Below are positions 27,409-37,039 of a DNA stretch of 64,000 nucleotides, piece by piece. The notes below the pieces were generated by a model. That model saw only the letters and a program-made list of their open reading frames with translations, was not told the DNA's origin and ran no database searches. The position numbers and the translations under genes were made by a program. Origin of the DNA: Bacteroidota bacterium (GTDB taxonomy: Bacteria > Bacteroidota > Bacteroidia > Palsa-965); the NCBI GenBank assembly GCA_006218065.1, contig VBWE01000002.1, positions 85,973 through 149,972 on the forward strand, read 5' to 3'. Each line of letters begins with the position of its first letter. Position 1 is the stretch's first letter.

Positions 27409-28557
27409 TCAGAAAAGGCGTTTGGTAGAAAGCGAAATGTCTCTGCAATACGAAATCGGGATGCCGGCGATTACCAGTTGTTTGATCATTTCCTGTACCG
27501 GGTGCTGGTGCGAAACCACGGTGAAAAATCCGCCGTTAAAATGTACCTGCGCTTCGAGTACCGTGAGCGCCTGGGCGATTTCTTCGCGCGTAGCCGGGGT
27601 TTCCAGCTCGAGCGCGAAACCGAGTGAACGCACATCCGTTTTCCCGGTCTGGTAAATACACTGACCCTGCCGGATCAGCATCACCGAATCGGCGGCCTTT
27701 TCTACTTCGTGCAACTGCTGGGAAGTGAGCAGCACGGTCATCCGGTTCACTGCCGACTTCACGAGAAAACGCAGGTCGCTGAGCAAAGTCTGCTGCGCGT
27801 GAATATCCAGGTTGGCGAGCGGCTCGTCCAGGATCAGCACACGCGGCTGCTGCAAAAGCACGCGCGCAATTTCAAAACGTGTGCGGTACCCGCTGCTGAT
27901 CTGGTTCCACGTAAGTTCTGCAAACCCGGCCAGGCCGAAACGTTCCAGCATAAATCCGACCATCAGGTCGTTTTCTTCACCTTTAACTCCCGAAATGGCT
28001 GCCGAAAAATGCAGGTTGTCTTTCAGCCTGCCGTACCAGCGCGGGATGCGCTGCGGGATAAAAGCGACGCGGTTTTTCAGCGTATAAAAATCGTGATCCG
28101 GCAAACCCGCAAAACTGATTTTTCCCGAATCGATGGCGAGCTGCCCGGCCAGGCAACGCAGGAGCGTGGTTTTCCCGTTCCCGTTTTCGCCCACTACGCC
28201 GAGTATCTGCCCGGCATAAAGATCGAGGCTGGTCGGTTTCATGCTGAAAGCGCCGCTGCTATATGTTTTGGAAACGCCGTGCGCCTGCATCAGCAGCGAA
28301 TCGCCCGGCGCCGCGGGATAAGTCGCTTTGGAAAGTTCATGCAGCAGTGTGCGCGACTCCTGCGCCAGGTCTTCGTTCCAGGGATTCACGGGATTCGCGT
28401 TACGGGCGATCCTGAACCGGCTGCTCAACTGCATGGCGCGCAGCATAAGTTCACGCTGCTTCGAATCAAGCGCAAGGTCCATCATTCTTCGTACCGCCAG
28501 CGGATGGTCGCCGTGCCGGAGAAAAACGTCGATTTCGGAAAGGGCTGTATGGCTCAT
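27409..28557 (-). CDS. ABC transporter ATP-binding protein with N-terminal extension
   Basis: GENGNGKT Walker A; ISSGY signature variant; LILDEP Walker B. Confidence 0.92.
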   Translation of the reverse strand: MSHTALSEIDVFLRHGDHPLAVRRMMDLALDSKQRELMLRAMQLSSRFRIARNANPVNPWNEDLAQESRTLLHELSKATYPAAPGDSLLMQAHGVSKTYSSGAFSMKPTSLDLYAGQILGVVGENGNGKTTLLRCLAGQLAIDSGKISFAGLPDHDFYTLKNRVAFIPQRIPRWYGRLKDNLHFSAAISGVKGEENDLMVGFMLERFGLAGFAELTWNQISSGYRTRFEIARVLLQQPRVLILDEPLANLDIHAQQTLLSDLRFLVKSAVNRMTVLLTSQQLHEVEKAADSVMLIRQGQCIYQTGKTDVRSLGFALELETPATREEIAQALTVLEAQVHFNGGFFTVVSHQHPVQEMIKQLVIAGIPISYCRDISLSTKRLF

Positions 28558-28759
28558 GGAGGAGTATTAAAAGATCATGCAACTTACTGAAATTAGAGAA
28601 TCGCGGATGTTAATAGTTGCAAAGAAAAGAGTGATGGAGAACCTGGAAGACGAAACGTAAAATGCAAAATGTCAAATGATAAAATCCAAAGTGAATCGCC
28701 CTTTTACATTTGATATTCAGCGTTTGGTATTTGAAATTGGTTCCCGGAAAAATTTACGA

Positions 28760-29605
28760 CTAATCGAAACAGTTGAACGTGCTGCCGTCGTAGCTGGCAA
28801 ACACCATGCTCGGATGCGAGTCAAGATGAAAAACGTTTCCTTTGTGGTCGATAGCAATCGCGCCGGCGAACCCGTCGATTTCTTTCAGCTCGGCGAACGT
28901 TTTGCGAAATGCGTTTTCGATGTCCATGCCGTCGGAAATGCGCGTTACGATTTTGGTTGCAACGGCCGTGCTTACAATGTCTTCACCCACGCCCGTGCAG
29001 CTTACGCCGCAAAACCCGTTCGCATAATTTCCCGCCGTGGTGGCCGAATCGGAAATGCGACCGGGAATTTCAAATCCTTTTCCGCCGGTAGATGTCGCCG
29101 CAGCGATATGGCCTTTCGCATCGAAAGCGACGCAGCCCACCGTGCCGGTTACTTTTGCCGCGCGTTTTTTTTCCTCGTACTCTTTTCTGCGCTGGGGAAT
29201 TTCCGTGCTGAAAACCGGGAACCCGTTTTCCCGCGCAAAGCGCGTAGCGCCTGCTCCGCCCAGCACGCGGTCGTCGGCCGGGAATAATTTTTCAGCTACG
29301 CGGATCGGGTTTTTCACTTCCTCGATATTGATCACCCCGCTGAACCGCTGCGAAACACCGTCCATAATAGATGCGCTCATCCGGATCACGCCGTCGCTCT
29401 GGATCTGCGAACCGGTTCCCGCATTGAAAAGCGGATCGTCTTCCAGTTGCGCCACGGCATGAATCACCGTTTCGAAAGCGGAATGTGCCCGGAGAAATTC
29501 GTATGAAGACGTGATGATCCGCTTCAGCGCTTCCTGCTTGGCCAGCTTGGTCTCCGCGCTCTGCGACGACTCGCTGAAAAATCCGCCGTGTATGATCAGT
29601 TTCAT
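28760..29605 (-). CDS. iaaA: Isoaspartyl peptidase / L-asparaginase (Ntn hydrolase)
   Basis: IIHGG, LEDDPLFNAGTGS, GTVGCVA autocleavage site, ATSTGG, GRISDS, TGVGE. Confidence 0.93.
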   Translation of the reverse strand: MKLIIHGGFFSESSQSAETKLAKQEALKRIITSSYEFLRAHSAFETVIHAVAQLEDDPLFNAGTGSQIQSDGVIRMSASIMDGVSQRFSGVINIEEVKNPIRVAEKLFPADDRVLGGAGATRFARENGFPVFSTEIPQRRKEYEEKKRAAKVTGTVGCVAFDAKGHIAAATSTGGKGFEIPGRISDSATTAGNYANGFCGVSCTGVGEDIVSTAVATKIVTRISDGMDIENAFRKTFAELKEIDGFAGAIAIDHKGNVFHLDSHPSMVFASYDGSTFNCFD

Positions 29606-29762
29606 GAGTCGGGTTTAAAAGGTTCCATTAAAAAGTAATCGATCTAAAATGTCCGGCCTGCCGGACGAGAGAGCACGTTCAAAAGTATATTTAAAAAGAA
29701 CGTCAGCTTAGGCTGAAAGCCGAACCGGCATCCTCTCCTTAGGAGAGGAAGGAGGTGAGACT

Positions 29763-30635
29763 TTACACATGCTGCGACGAATGAATACTCATATTATGCG
29801 TACTCAAATCGTACCGGTCGAACATGCTCATCACGTGTACCACTAAATTCTTGATGGAAACCGGCTGCCCGAGTTCCACCGCCGTCAGGTTCGTGTCTTT
29901 AATATGACGTCCGTCGACAAGAATAACAAGTCCCGAGCCGATGGCTTCCATGTTTTTCCCTTCGGTGATCAGCAGGCCGGTGTCTTCACCAAGCCCGATG
30001 CCGAGCACTTTCGGATTTCCGACCACCACCTGGAAAAGGCGACCGATGCGGCCACGCTGTACAAAGTGCGTATCGATCACCACATCGTCGATCAGGCCCA
30101 GGCCGCTGGTGATTTTCACTTCGCCTTTGAGCAACGCTTCCTGGCTGGAGCCCTGGTAAATCATATTGTTGGATGCCGCCGCGGCGCCTGCGGATGTTCC
30201 CGCGAAAATAAATTCTTCCTCCTTGTATTTCCGGAGCAGGATATCATGAAAAGCCGTTCCGCCGAGAATTGATGTAAGCCGCAGCTGATCGCCGCCGGTA
30301 AACATCACCACGTCGCATTTTTCGAGACGCTCCAGGTGCGCGGGATCGATCGCCTGTTCCCGGTTTTCGATATGCATCACGCCCACATGCTCCGCACCCA
30401 GGTATTCAAACGCTTTGGCATATTCGGGGCCCACTTCGCGCGGAATTTTGGAAGCGGTGGTGACGATTTCGATTGGTGATTTTTCCTTGTGCAGCGATTC
30501 TACAATGATACGCTTCAGGATACCGGTCTCGAAAAAGTTCAGGTTCTTTTCAACCTGCTTGTCGAAATTTTTCTCGGTGAAACTCCCTTTATCAACAGCG
30601 CCGCCAACGATGACCAGCTTCCCTTTTGGATTCAT
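29763..30635 (-). CDS. cphB: Cyanophycinase
   Basis: IVGGA, FTGGDQLRL, GTSAGA, IDTHFVQRGRIGRL, GLGEDTG. Confidence 0.96.
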   Translation of the reverse strand: MNPKGKLVIVGGAVDKGSFTEKNFDKQVEKNLNFFETGILKRIIVESLHKEKSPIEIVTTASKIPREVGPEYAKAFEYLGAEHVGVMHIENREQAIDPAHLERLEKCDVVMFTGGDQLRLTSILGGTAFHDILLRKYKEEEFIFAGTSAGAAAASNNMIYQGSSQEALLKGEVKITSGLGLIDDVVIDTHFVQRGRIGRLFQVVVGNPKVLGIGLGEDTGLLITEGKNMEAIGSGLVILVDGRHIKDTNLTAVELGQPVSIKNLVVHVMSMFDRYDLSTHNMSIHSSQHV

Positions 30636-30717
30636 GATGCAAAATTAACATAGAAGAGCTTGTGTAAAACCGTGTCTTCATAAATTTTTAGTAACTGGTG
30701 CGGTAGCCTTTCGATTT

Positions 30718-30861
30718 AATTTCGAATGACGAATGCCGAAGGGCGAATTCAGTTAGCGTCTTCGCGACGAAGACTGTAAACGCTTTTAACCGCGAAGGCG
30801 CTAAGACGCTAACGTATATTTCAATTCGCAATTCGGCATTCGCCCTTCGGAATTCGAAATT
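30718..30861. repeat. Composite palindromic element: CGAAT heptamer arms enclosing a second inverted repeat
   Basis: Arms about 30718-30749 and 30823-30861; inner GTTAGCGTCTTCGCG / CGCGAAGGCGCTAAGACGCTAAC. Confidence 0.7.
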
Positions 30862-30921
30862 GGTCGCAGGGATTTATACAGGCTTTTTGATAAATTTACC
30901 GTTCACGAAAACGCAGACACG

Positions 30922-33537
30922 GTGAAAATACTGAGCATTCAAGCATTGCGGGGCCCGAATATATGGAGCGTAAACCGGAAAAAACTGATCCAGATGCGCC
31001 TCGATCTCGAGGATATGGAGCAAAAACCGACCGATAAAATACCCGGTTTCCGGCAGCGGCTTGAAGCGATGTTTCCTTCCATGATCGAGCACCGTTGCTC
31101 GGAAGGCGAGCGGGGAGGTTTTTTTCACCGCATTGATCGCGGCACCTGGATGGGACATGTGATCGAGCATATCGCGCTCGAAACGCAGAGTCTCGCCGGT
31201 ATGGAAACCGGTTTCGGCAGAACGCGTGAAACGAATACGCCGGGTATTTATAACGTGGTATTCAGTTACGTTGAAGAAAAAGTCGGCATGTTCGCGGCGG
31301 AATCTGCCGTGCGCATTGCCGAAGCGCTGGTCAGCGGCGTGGAATACGATCTGCAGGCCGACCTGAAAAAAATGCGCGAGATACGCGAAGACGTCCGCCT
31401 CGGGCCCAGCACCGGCAGCATCGTAGACGAAGCCGTGGCCCGCGATATCCCGTGGATCCGCCTCGGTTCGAATTCGCTGGTCCAGCTCGGCTACGGTGTG
31501 AACCAGATGCGTTTCCAGGCGACGATCACCTGCAAAACCAGCAATATCGCCGTCGATATCGCCTGCAACAAAGAAGAAACCAAGCGCATGCTCGACGCCG
31601 CAAATATTCCCGTGGCCAAAGGCGATATCTGCGTGGATGAAGAAGACCTCGAAGCCACGATAAAACGAATCAGTTACCCGATCGTGATCAAGCCGCTCGA
31701 CGGGAACCACGGCAAAGGCGCCTCGATCAACATCACGAAATGGGAAGATGCCGTGGAAGGTCTCACCCATGCGAAAAAATACAGCCGCCGGGTTATCGTC
31801 GAACGTTTCATCACCGGCTTTGATTTTCGTATTCTCGTTATCGACAATAAAGTAGTGGCTGCCGCCCAGCGTGTACCTGCGCACGTAAAAGGCGACGGCA
31901 GGCACACCATCCAGCAGCTCATCGACGCCGAAAACAAAGATTCGCGCCGCGGGTACGGGCATGAAAATGTACTGACCGAAATTTCCGTCGACCGCGACAC
32001 GACAGATTTGCTCGAAAAGAAAAACTATACGCTGGAAACCGTTCCCGCGGCAGGCGAAATTGTTTACCTGAAATCAACAGCCAACCTGAGCACCGGCGGC
32101 ACGTCAATCGACGTAACGGATATGATGCACCCGGAAAATATTTTTCTCGCCGAACGCATCGCACGCGTGATCGGGCTGGACGTTTGCGGAATCGATATCA
32201 TGGCGAAAAACCTGACGCAGCCGCTGAAAGAAAACGGCGGCGTGATCCTGGAAGTGAACGCTGCGCCCGGTTTCCGCATGCACCTCGCACCTTCGGAAGG
32301 ACTGCCGCGCAACGTGGCCGCGCCGGTAATCGATATGCTTTACCCGCCGGGAAAACCGAGCCGCATCCCGATTTTCGCGGTGACGGGAACGAACGGGAAA
32401 ACCACGACCACGCGACTGCTCGCGCACATTGTGAAATACAACGGGTACAAAGTTGGTTACACGACTTCCGACGGTATTTACGTGCAGAACCACATGCTCG
32501 AAAAAGGCGATACTACCGGCCCGATCAGCGCGGAATTCATCCTGAAAGATCCGACCGTTGAATTCGCCGTGCTCGAAACGGCGCGGGGCGGTATTTTGCG
32601 GGCGGGACTCGGGTTCAGCCGCTGCGATATCGGCATCATCACGAATATCCAGGAAGACCATCTCGGCCTGAGCGATATCGATACGCTGGAAGATCTCGCG
32701 CGCGTGAAAAGCGTGGTGGTGAACAGCGTGAAAAACACTGGCTGGGCCATTCTGAATGCCGAAGACGCCTATTGCCTGAAGATCGCGGAAACGCTGAGCT
32801 GCAATGTAGCCCTGTTCAGTATGAACGAACATTGCGATGCCATCGTGCAGCATTGCCGGAAAGGCGGGATCGCCGCGATTTACGAAAACGGTTTTATCAC
32901 GATCAAAAAAGGCGACTGGAAAATACGGCTTGATAAAGCCACGCACATCCCGCTCACCATGGGCGGAAAAGCGAAGTTTATGATCGCCAATGTTCTTGCG
33001 GCCACGCTTGCGGCGTATTTGTACGGCTTCAAAACGGAGGACATCAAAACTTCGCTCACCACATTTATTCCCGGCGCAGCGCAGACTCCGGGCCGCATGA
33101 ATGTTTTTAATTTCAAAAAATTCACCGTGATGATCGACTTTGCGCATAACCCGGCCGGGTATCTCGGCATCGAGGATTATATGCAGAGCGTGACTTCTGC
33201 GCATAAAGTGGGCATCATCGCCGGCGTGGGCGACCGCCGCGACAGCGATATCCGCGAATGCGGCACGATTGCAGCGCGCATGTTCGATCACATCATCATC
33301 CGCCAGGAAAAACATTTGCGCGGAAGAACCGAAGAAGAGATCATCAACCTGATCCTCGAAGGCATCAACGCGGCGGATAAAAAAGTGACTTACGAGATCA
33401 TCCCGAAAGAAACCGAAGCGATCAAGCACGCCATCAGCATCGCGAAAGAAGGGACGTTTATCGTCGCGCTGAGCGATGTGGTGACCAACGCGATCGACAT
33501 CGTGCAGCAGTACCTGGATAAGGAAAACGAAAGCTGA
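30922..33537 (+). CDS. cphA: Cyanophycin synthetase (CphA1)
   Basis: LRGPNIWS, EHRCSEG, GHVIEHIALE, LGPSTGSIV, ATP-grasp KPLDGNHGKG, EVNAAPGFRMH, Mur-like VTGTNGKTTT, DFAHN. Confidence 0.98.
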   Translation: MKILSIQALRGPNIWSVNRKKLIQMRLDLEDMEQKPTDKIPGFRQRLEAMFPSMIEHRCSEGERGGFFHRIDRGTWMGHVIEHIALETQSLAGMETGFGRTRETNTPGIYNVVFSYVEEKVGMFAAESAVRIAEALVSGVEYDLQADLKKMREIREDVRLGPSTGSIVDEAVARDIPWIRLGSNSLVQLGYGVNQMRFQATITCKTSNIAVDIACNKEETKRMLDAANIPVAKGDICVDEEDLEATIKRISYPIVIKPLDGNHGKGASINITKWEDAVEGLTHAKKYSRRVIVERFITGFDFRILVIDNKVVAAAQRVPAHVKGDGRHTIQQLIDAENKDSRRGYGHENVLTEISVDRDTTDLLEKKNYTLETVPAAGEIVYLKSTANLSTGGTSIDVTDMMHPENIFLAERIARVIGLDVCGIDIMAKNLTQPLKENGGVILEVNAAPGFRMHLAPSEGLPRNVAAPVIDMLYPPGKPSRIPIFAVTGTNGKTTTTRLLAHIVKYNGYKVGYTTSDGIYVQNHMLEKGDTTGPISAEFILKDPTVEFAVLETARGGILRAGLGFSRCDIGIITNIQEDHLGLSDIDTLEDLARVKSVVVNSVKNTGWAILNAEDAYCLKIAETLSCNVALFSMNEHCDAIVQHCRKGGIAAIYENGFITIKKGDWKIRLDKATHIPLTMGGKAKFMIANVLAATLAAYLYGFKTEDIKTSLTTFIPGAAQTPGRMNVFNFKKFTVMIDFAHNPAGYLGIEDYMQSVTSAHKVGIIAGVGDRRDSDIRECGTIAARMFDHIIIRQEKHLRGRTEEEIINLILEGINAADKKVTYEIIPKETEAIKHAISIAKEGTFIVALSDVVTNAIDIVQQYLDKENES

Positions 33538-33540
33538 TCT

Positions 33541-34011
33541 TCAGCGCGGGTTTTTCATCCGGAAATGCAGGATGAACGAAACTGCCGATGCAAATGTCAG
33601 CAACACGCCCAGCCAGAGCAATCCTTCGAACAGGACCAGCGAAAGCGGTTCATGCATGACGTTATAAGGAAGGTAAAACTCGAACCAGGGAATCGTCATC
33701 AGCCAGTTCAGCAGTCCGAATGTAATTCCTTTCCGGAACCAGCCACCTTTCAGTTTATCGCTGAGAAAAGCAAAAACCAGCACACCGATACTGCTGATCA
33801 TATAAATTCCGCAGAGAAGCAGGTTCGGTTCCGTTGCAACACGCGGAAGCGGTTCGGTTATAAACACCCCGATGAATTTTTCGCTTTGTATCCCGGGATC
33901 GGCCAGGATATGCTGCGCGCCCGAGTAAATGAAAAAAAACAGGAACGCTCCGTACCAGGCCATTCCCCCGGCCAGCAGCGCAAGAATAATCCGCGTGATT
34001 TTTCTGTTCAT
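33541..34011 (-). CDS. Small 4-TM membrane protein
   Basis: Probable start MNRKITR; hydrophobic helices; WFEFYLPYNVMHEP. Confidence 0.75.
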   Translation of the reverse strand: MNRKITRIILALLAGGMAWYGAFLFFFIYSGAQHILADPGIQSEKFIGVFITEPLPRVATEPNLLLCGIYMISSIGVLVFAFLSDKLKGGWFRKGITFGLLNWLMTIPWFEFYLPYNVMHEPLSLVLFEGLLWLGVLLTFASAVSFILHFRMKNPR

Positions 34012-34204
34012 GCGGAAAAGTATAAAATCAGCCCGCCTGCCGGCGGATTTATTATACGACCGGCGGTTTGTTTTTCCGGGAGGCTGAAAACAGCGGAGAA
34101 TGGTTCGGCATGGCAATTTCCCGGCGTTTTTTGCGTTTACAAGTCACAAACCACGAACCTGCGGATTATGGAATACACGTACTTTAAGCAAACCTGCTCC
34201 GCGT

Positions 34205-35344
34205 ATGAAGTATTTGATCTCCATCCCGCTTCTGCTCCTGGTCACCGGCCTCCGCGCCAATCCTACCGTCCAGCAGCGCATTTACCTGGCCTCGCAGCTC
34301 GATGAACTCCTCCGGCAATCCCGGGCCGATTCCGTTCTGCTTGTTGAACGCATGGCTGCGCTTGAATTTCACCGGATGATCAACGCGTACCGCCGCGAAC
34401 AGAAAACCGATACGCTTCAATGGAACGATACCCTCTGGATGGCTTCGCGCAACCATTGCCTGTGGATGTGCAGGAACAACAAACTTTCGCATAACCAGGA
34501 AGCGAGCACGGAACTTTTTTCCGGCGTGCGTCCCGGCGACCGGTACGATTACGTGGTGAACGGAAACGGCAGGCACAGCTGGTCGGGTGAAAATGCGCTT
34601 TACAACTGGAGCGGGAATGACGGAGAAAAAGAAAACGCGTATAAAGCGATTGCCCGCGAATCGTTCAACCAATGGAAAAACTCGCCGGGACATAATAAGA
34701 ATATGCTGAATCCGTCGAGCAAAGTGCACGGCACCGCGTTTATAATTGAACAGAAAAACGGCCGCACCTGGGGCACCGACCTGTTTGCCTACAGTCCGCG
34801 CGGATCGTATTATAATAAGCCGGTTAAAAATTCAAACCAGCCGAAATCGATCACCGTCGTGGAAAATACACCGGCGGAGAAAAAAACAACCGCGGCCGGT
34901 ACGCCGAAAAAAATCGAGCCGTCCAAAGTCCGTATACAGTTGTCGGACGGACTTTACGGAAACCAGAAAACGATAAAAGACGATGTCCTCGCCGCGGCTG
35001 CCGCAGAACATGCACGCTATCTCTCGCTCAACAAATCTGCCGGGCATGTGCAGGTCAAAGGGAAAAATTATTTCACGGGCGTTGACCCGCGGCATCGTGT
35101 AATTGCCGCTTCGCACGGTTTCGATAAGATCCGTTACCGGAAAAAATCCGTAGTGGAATCTGTAACCGTGATCGAAATAAAAAGCGAGCAGTTCAACCTG
35201 AACAATACGATCAAAAGTATCTGGCAGGCCTGGGAACAGGAAAACCCCGGCCAGGAAAAATCCGCTCCCGCCGGTATCGGCATCGAAGTGAAGCGGGTGA
35301 AGGATACGCTGAAGATTTATGCGGTTAAGCTGACTTCAGCATAA
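34205..35344 (+). CDS. Exported CAP (SCP/PR-1) domain protein
   Basis: INAYR, ASRNH..M, LSH, GENA, WKNSPGHNKNML; second degenerate CAP-like half. Confidence 0.88.
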   Translation: MKYLISIPLLLLVTGLRANPTVQQRIYLASQLDELLRQSRADSVLLVERMAALEFHRMINAYRREQKTDTLQWNDTLWMASRNHCLWMCRNNKLSHNQEASTELFSGVRPGDRYDYVVNGNGRHSWSGENALYNWSGNDGEKENAYKAIARESFNQWKNSPGHNKNMLNPSSKVHGTAFIIEQKNGRTWGTDLFAYSPRGSYYNKPVKNSNQPKSITVVENTPAEKKTTAAGTPKKIEPSKVRIQLSDGLYGNQKTIKDDVLAAAAAEHARYLSLNKSAGHVQVKGKNYFTGVDPRHRVIAASHGFDKIRYRKKSVVESVTVIEIKSEQFNLNNTIKSIWQAWEQENPGQEKSAPAGIGIEVKRVKDTLKIYAVKLTSA

Positions 35345-35386
35345 AAAAACGCCGTCCCGGTAATTACCAGGGCGGCATTTTTATTT
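35343..35386. terminator. Bidirectional intrinsic terminator
   Basis: A-tract, GCCGTCC..GG TAATTA CC..GGGCGGC, T-tract between convergent genes. Confidence 0.7.
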
Positions 35387-35392
35387 ACACAA

Positions 35393-36820
35393 TCAATCTT
35401 CACGGCTTCCGTCATCCGCCATGCGCACCATTTTCGGTGTGAAGGTCGCGATCACGTCCACCAGCTCCTGCTGTGCAGCCATCACCGTGCGGATGTCTTT
35501 GTACGCCATCGGCGCTTCATCCAGTCCCGCACCGATGAGCGTTACACCGTGCTCTTTCAGCACTGCGCGCATTTCCGCACCGGTGATGTTTTTGATGGCC
35601 TGCGTACGGCTCATCTGGCGGCCTGCGCCGTGTGAAGCGGAATTGATAGCTGAAGCTTCTCCTTTTCCGCGCACCAGGAATCCCGGCGCAGTCATCGATC
35701 CCGGGATGATGCCCATCACGTCTTTCGATGCCGGCGTAGCGCCTTTGCGGTGCACGATCACGTCCTGCCCGTTCCAGGTTTCTTTCCAGGCGAAGTTGTG
35801 GTGGTTTTCCACTTTCGCCAGCACGGTTGCGCCGATCGCTTTCACCAGGCGCTCGTGGATCACTTCGTGGCAGGCCGAAGCATAATCACCGGCGAGGTTC
35901 ATCGCCAGCCAGTACTCCTGGCCTTCTGCGCTGTCTAGGTCCAGCCAGGCGAGGTTCACCGCTTCTTTCGGCAGTTTGCAAAGCGACTTCGCCAGTTTGG
36001 TGTAATACCCGGCAACCGTAGCGCCGAAACCGCGCGAACCGGAATGCGTGAGCAGGGCAAGGTATTTCCCTTTGCGGATATTCAGTTTGGCATCATCGGT
36101 TTCAAATTCGATGATACCCCATTCCGCGAAATGGTTTCCGCCGCCGGAAGTTCCCAGCTGCGAAGCGGCTTTCTCAAAAAGTCCTTTGATGAACGGCGTC
36201 GCGTTAAACTCATCGCGTGCGAGGATCGCATGATCGGCTTTGTGTTTCCCGTTCCATCCTGCACCCGCACCGAATTTGGTGAAAGCGATCAGTTCGCGCT
36301 TATACATGTTTTCATTTTGCAGGAAGTGATTTTCCGGGATATCGAAAACCGACAAAGCCATACGGCAGCCGATATCCACACCCACGCCGTACGGAATCAC
36401 CGTGTTGTTCGTGGCCAGCACACCGCCGATCGGCAGTCCGTATCCCTGGTGCGCGTCCGGCATTAAAGCGCCGGCCACGGTAACCGGGAGTTTCATCGCC
36501 ACGTCCATCTGCGCGATTGCACCCGGTTCGATATTTCCTGCGCCGAAAACCGTATATGCCCCGGCAGTTTCGTTCAATGCAATTTCTGCGGTATCATCTT
36601 CTTCCGGCTTTTCAACCAGGTCGCTTGCAACAGCGGATAAAACGGTATCGTCCAGGAAATTCTCCGGCGACTGTACCAGTTTCACGAGGATAGCGAGCAC
36701 TTCTTCGCGCGACAGGTTGCGGTAGTGCTGATCGATCGTACGGATCGCCGTTCCGATCGCTTTTCCCTCCGGGAAGCCGATGTTTTTCAGGTCTTCTCCT
36801 TTAATGTTCAGCTTGTTCAT
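35393..36820 (-). CDS. rtcB: RtcB-family RNA 2',3'-cyclic phosphate/5'-OH ligase with N-terminal extension
   Basis: MPDAHQGYGLPIG, GVDIGC, GGGNHF, HSGSRG, NHHN, HRKGA, SHGAGR, DEAPMAYK. Confidence 0.97.
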   Translation of the reverse strand: MNKLNIKGEDLKNIGFPEGKAIGTAIRTIDQHYRNLSREEVLAILVKLVQSPENFLDDTVLSAVASDLVEKPEEDDTAEIALNETAGAYTVFGAGNIEPGAIAQMDVAMKLPVTVAGALMPDAHQGYGLPIGGVLATNNTVIPYGVGVDIGCRMALSVFDIPENHFLQNENMYKRELIAFTKFGAGAGWNGKHKADHAILARDEFNATPFIKGLFEKAASQLGTSGGGNHFAEWGIIEFETDDAKLNIRKGKYLALLTHSGSRGFGATVAGYYTKLAKSLCKLPKEAVNLAWLDLDSAEGQEYWLAMNLAGDYASACHEVIHERLVKAIGATVLAKVENHHNFAWKETWNGQDVIVHRKGATPASKDVMGIIPGSMTAPGFLVRGKGEASAINSASHGAGRQMSRTQAIKNITGAEMRAVLKEHGVTLIGAGLDEAPMAYKDIRTVMAAQQELVDVIATFTPKMVRMADDGSRED

Positions 36821-36861
36821 CGTGTTTTGTTTTTATTTGATGAAGCAAAGTACCGGCAGCA

Positions 36862-36882
36862 CTGCGCAAAGTAATTGCGCAG
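36862..36882 (-). promoter_or_regulatory. Palindromic operator upstream of rtcB (candidate WYL box 1)
   Basis: CTGCGCA-aagtaat-TGCGCAG; 13 nt from a minus-strand TTTG (36846-36849). Confidence 0.8.
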
Positions 36883-36952
36883 ATGAAAAATAATTTGTTA
36901 AAATTACTCTCGCATTTAAAAGTACGTGCTTTTGCCCTCTTCCGGCGGGTTG

Positions 36953-36990
36953 AAAAAAGTGGGACCGGCCTGCCGAAGCAAACCGGTCCC
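36953..36990 (-). terminator. Intrinsic terminator after the SPFH gene
   Basis: Minus strand GGGACCGGTTTGC-TTCG-GCAGGCCGGTCCC-ACTTTTTT. Confidence 0.85.
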
Positions 36991-37039
36991 GGGGTTAAGC
37001 GGGTGAAACACCCGCAGGGATTCACGTTAATGCCGGGAC

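Noticed and set aside
32104..33429. Long antisense ORFs (also 8542-9528, 9763-10695, 21116-22105, 23174-24403, 27709-28590, 30874-31962)
   Set aside because: All lie opposite confident genes and are explained by codon bias.
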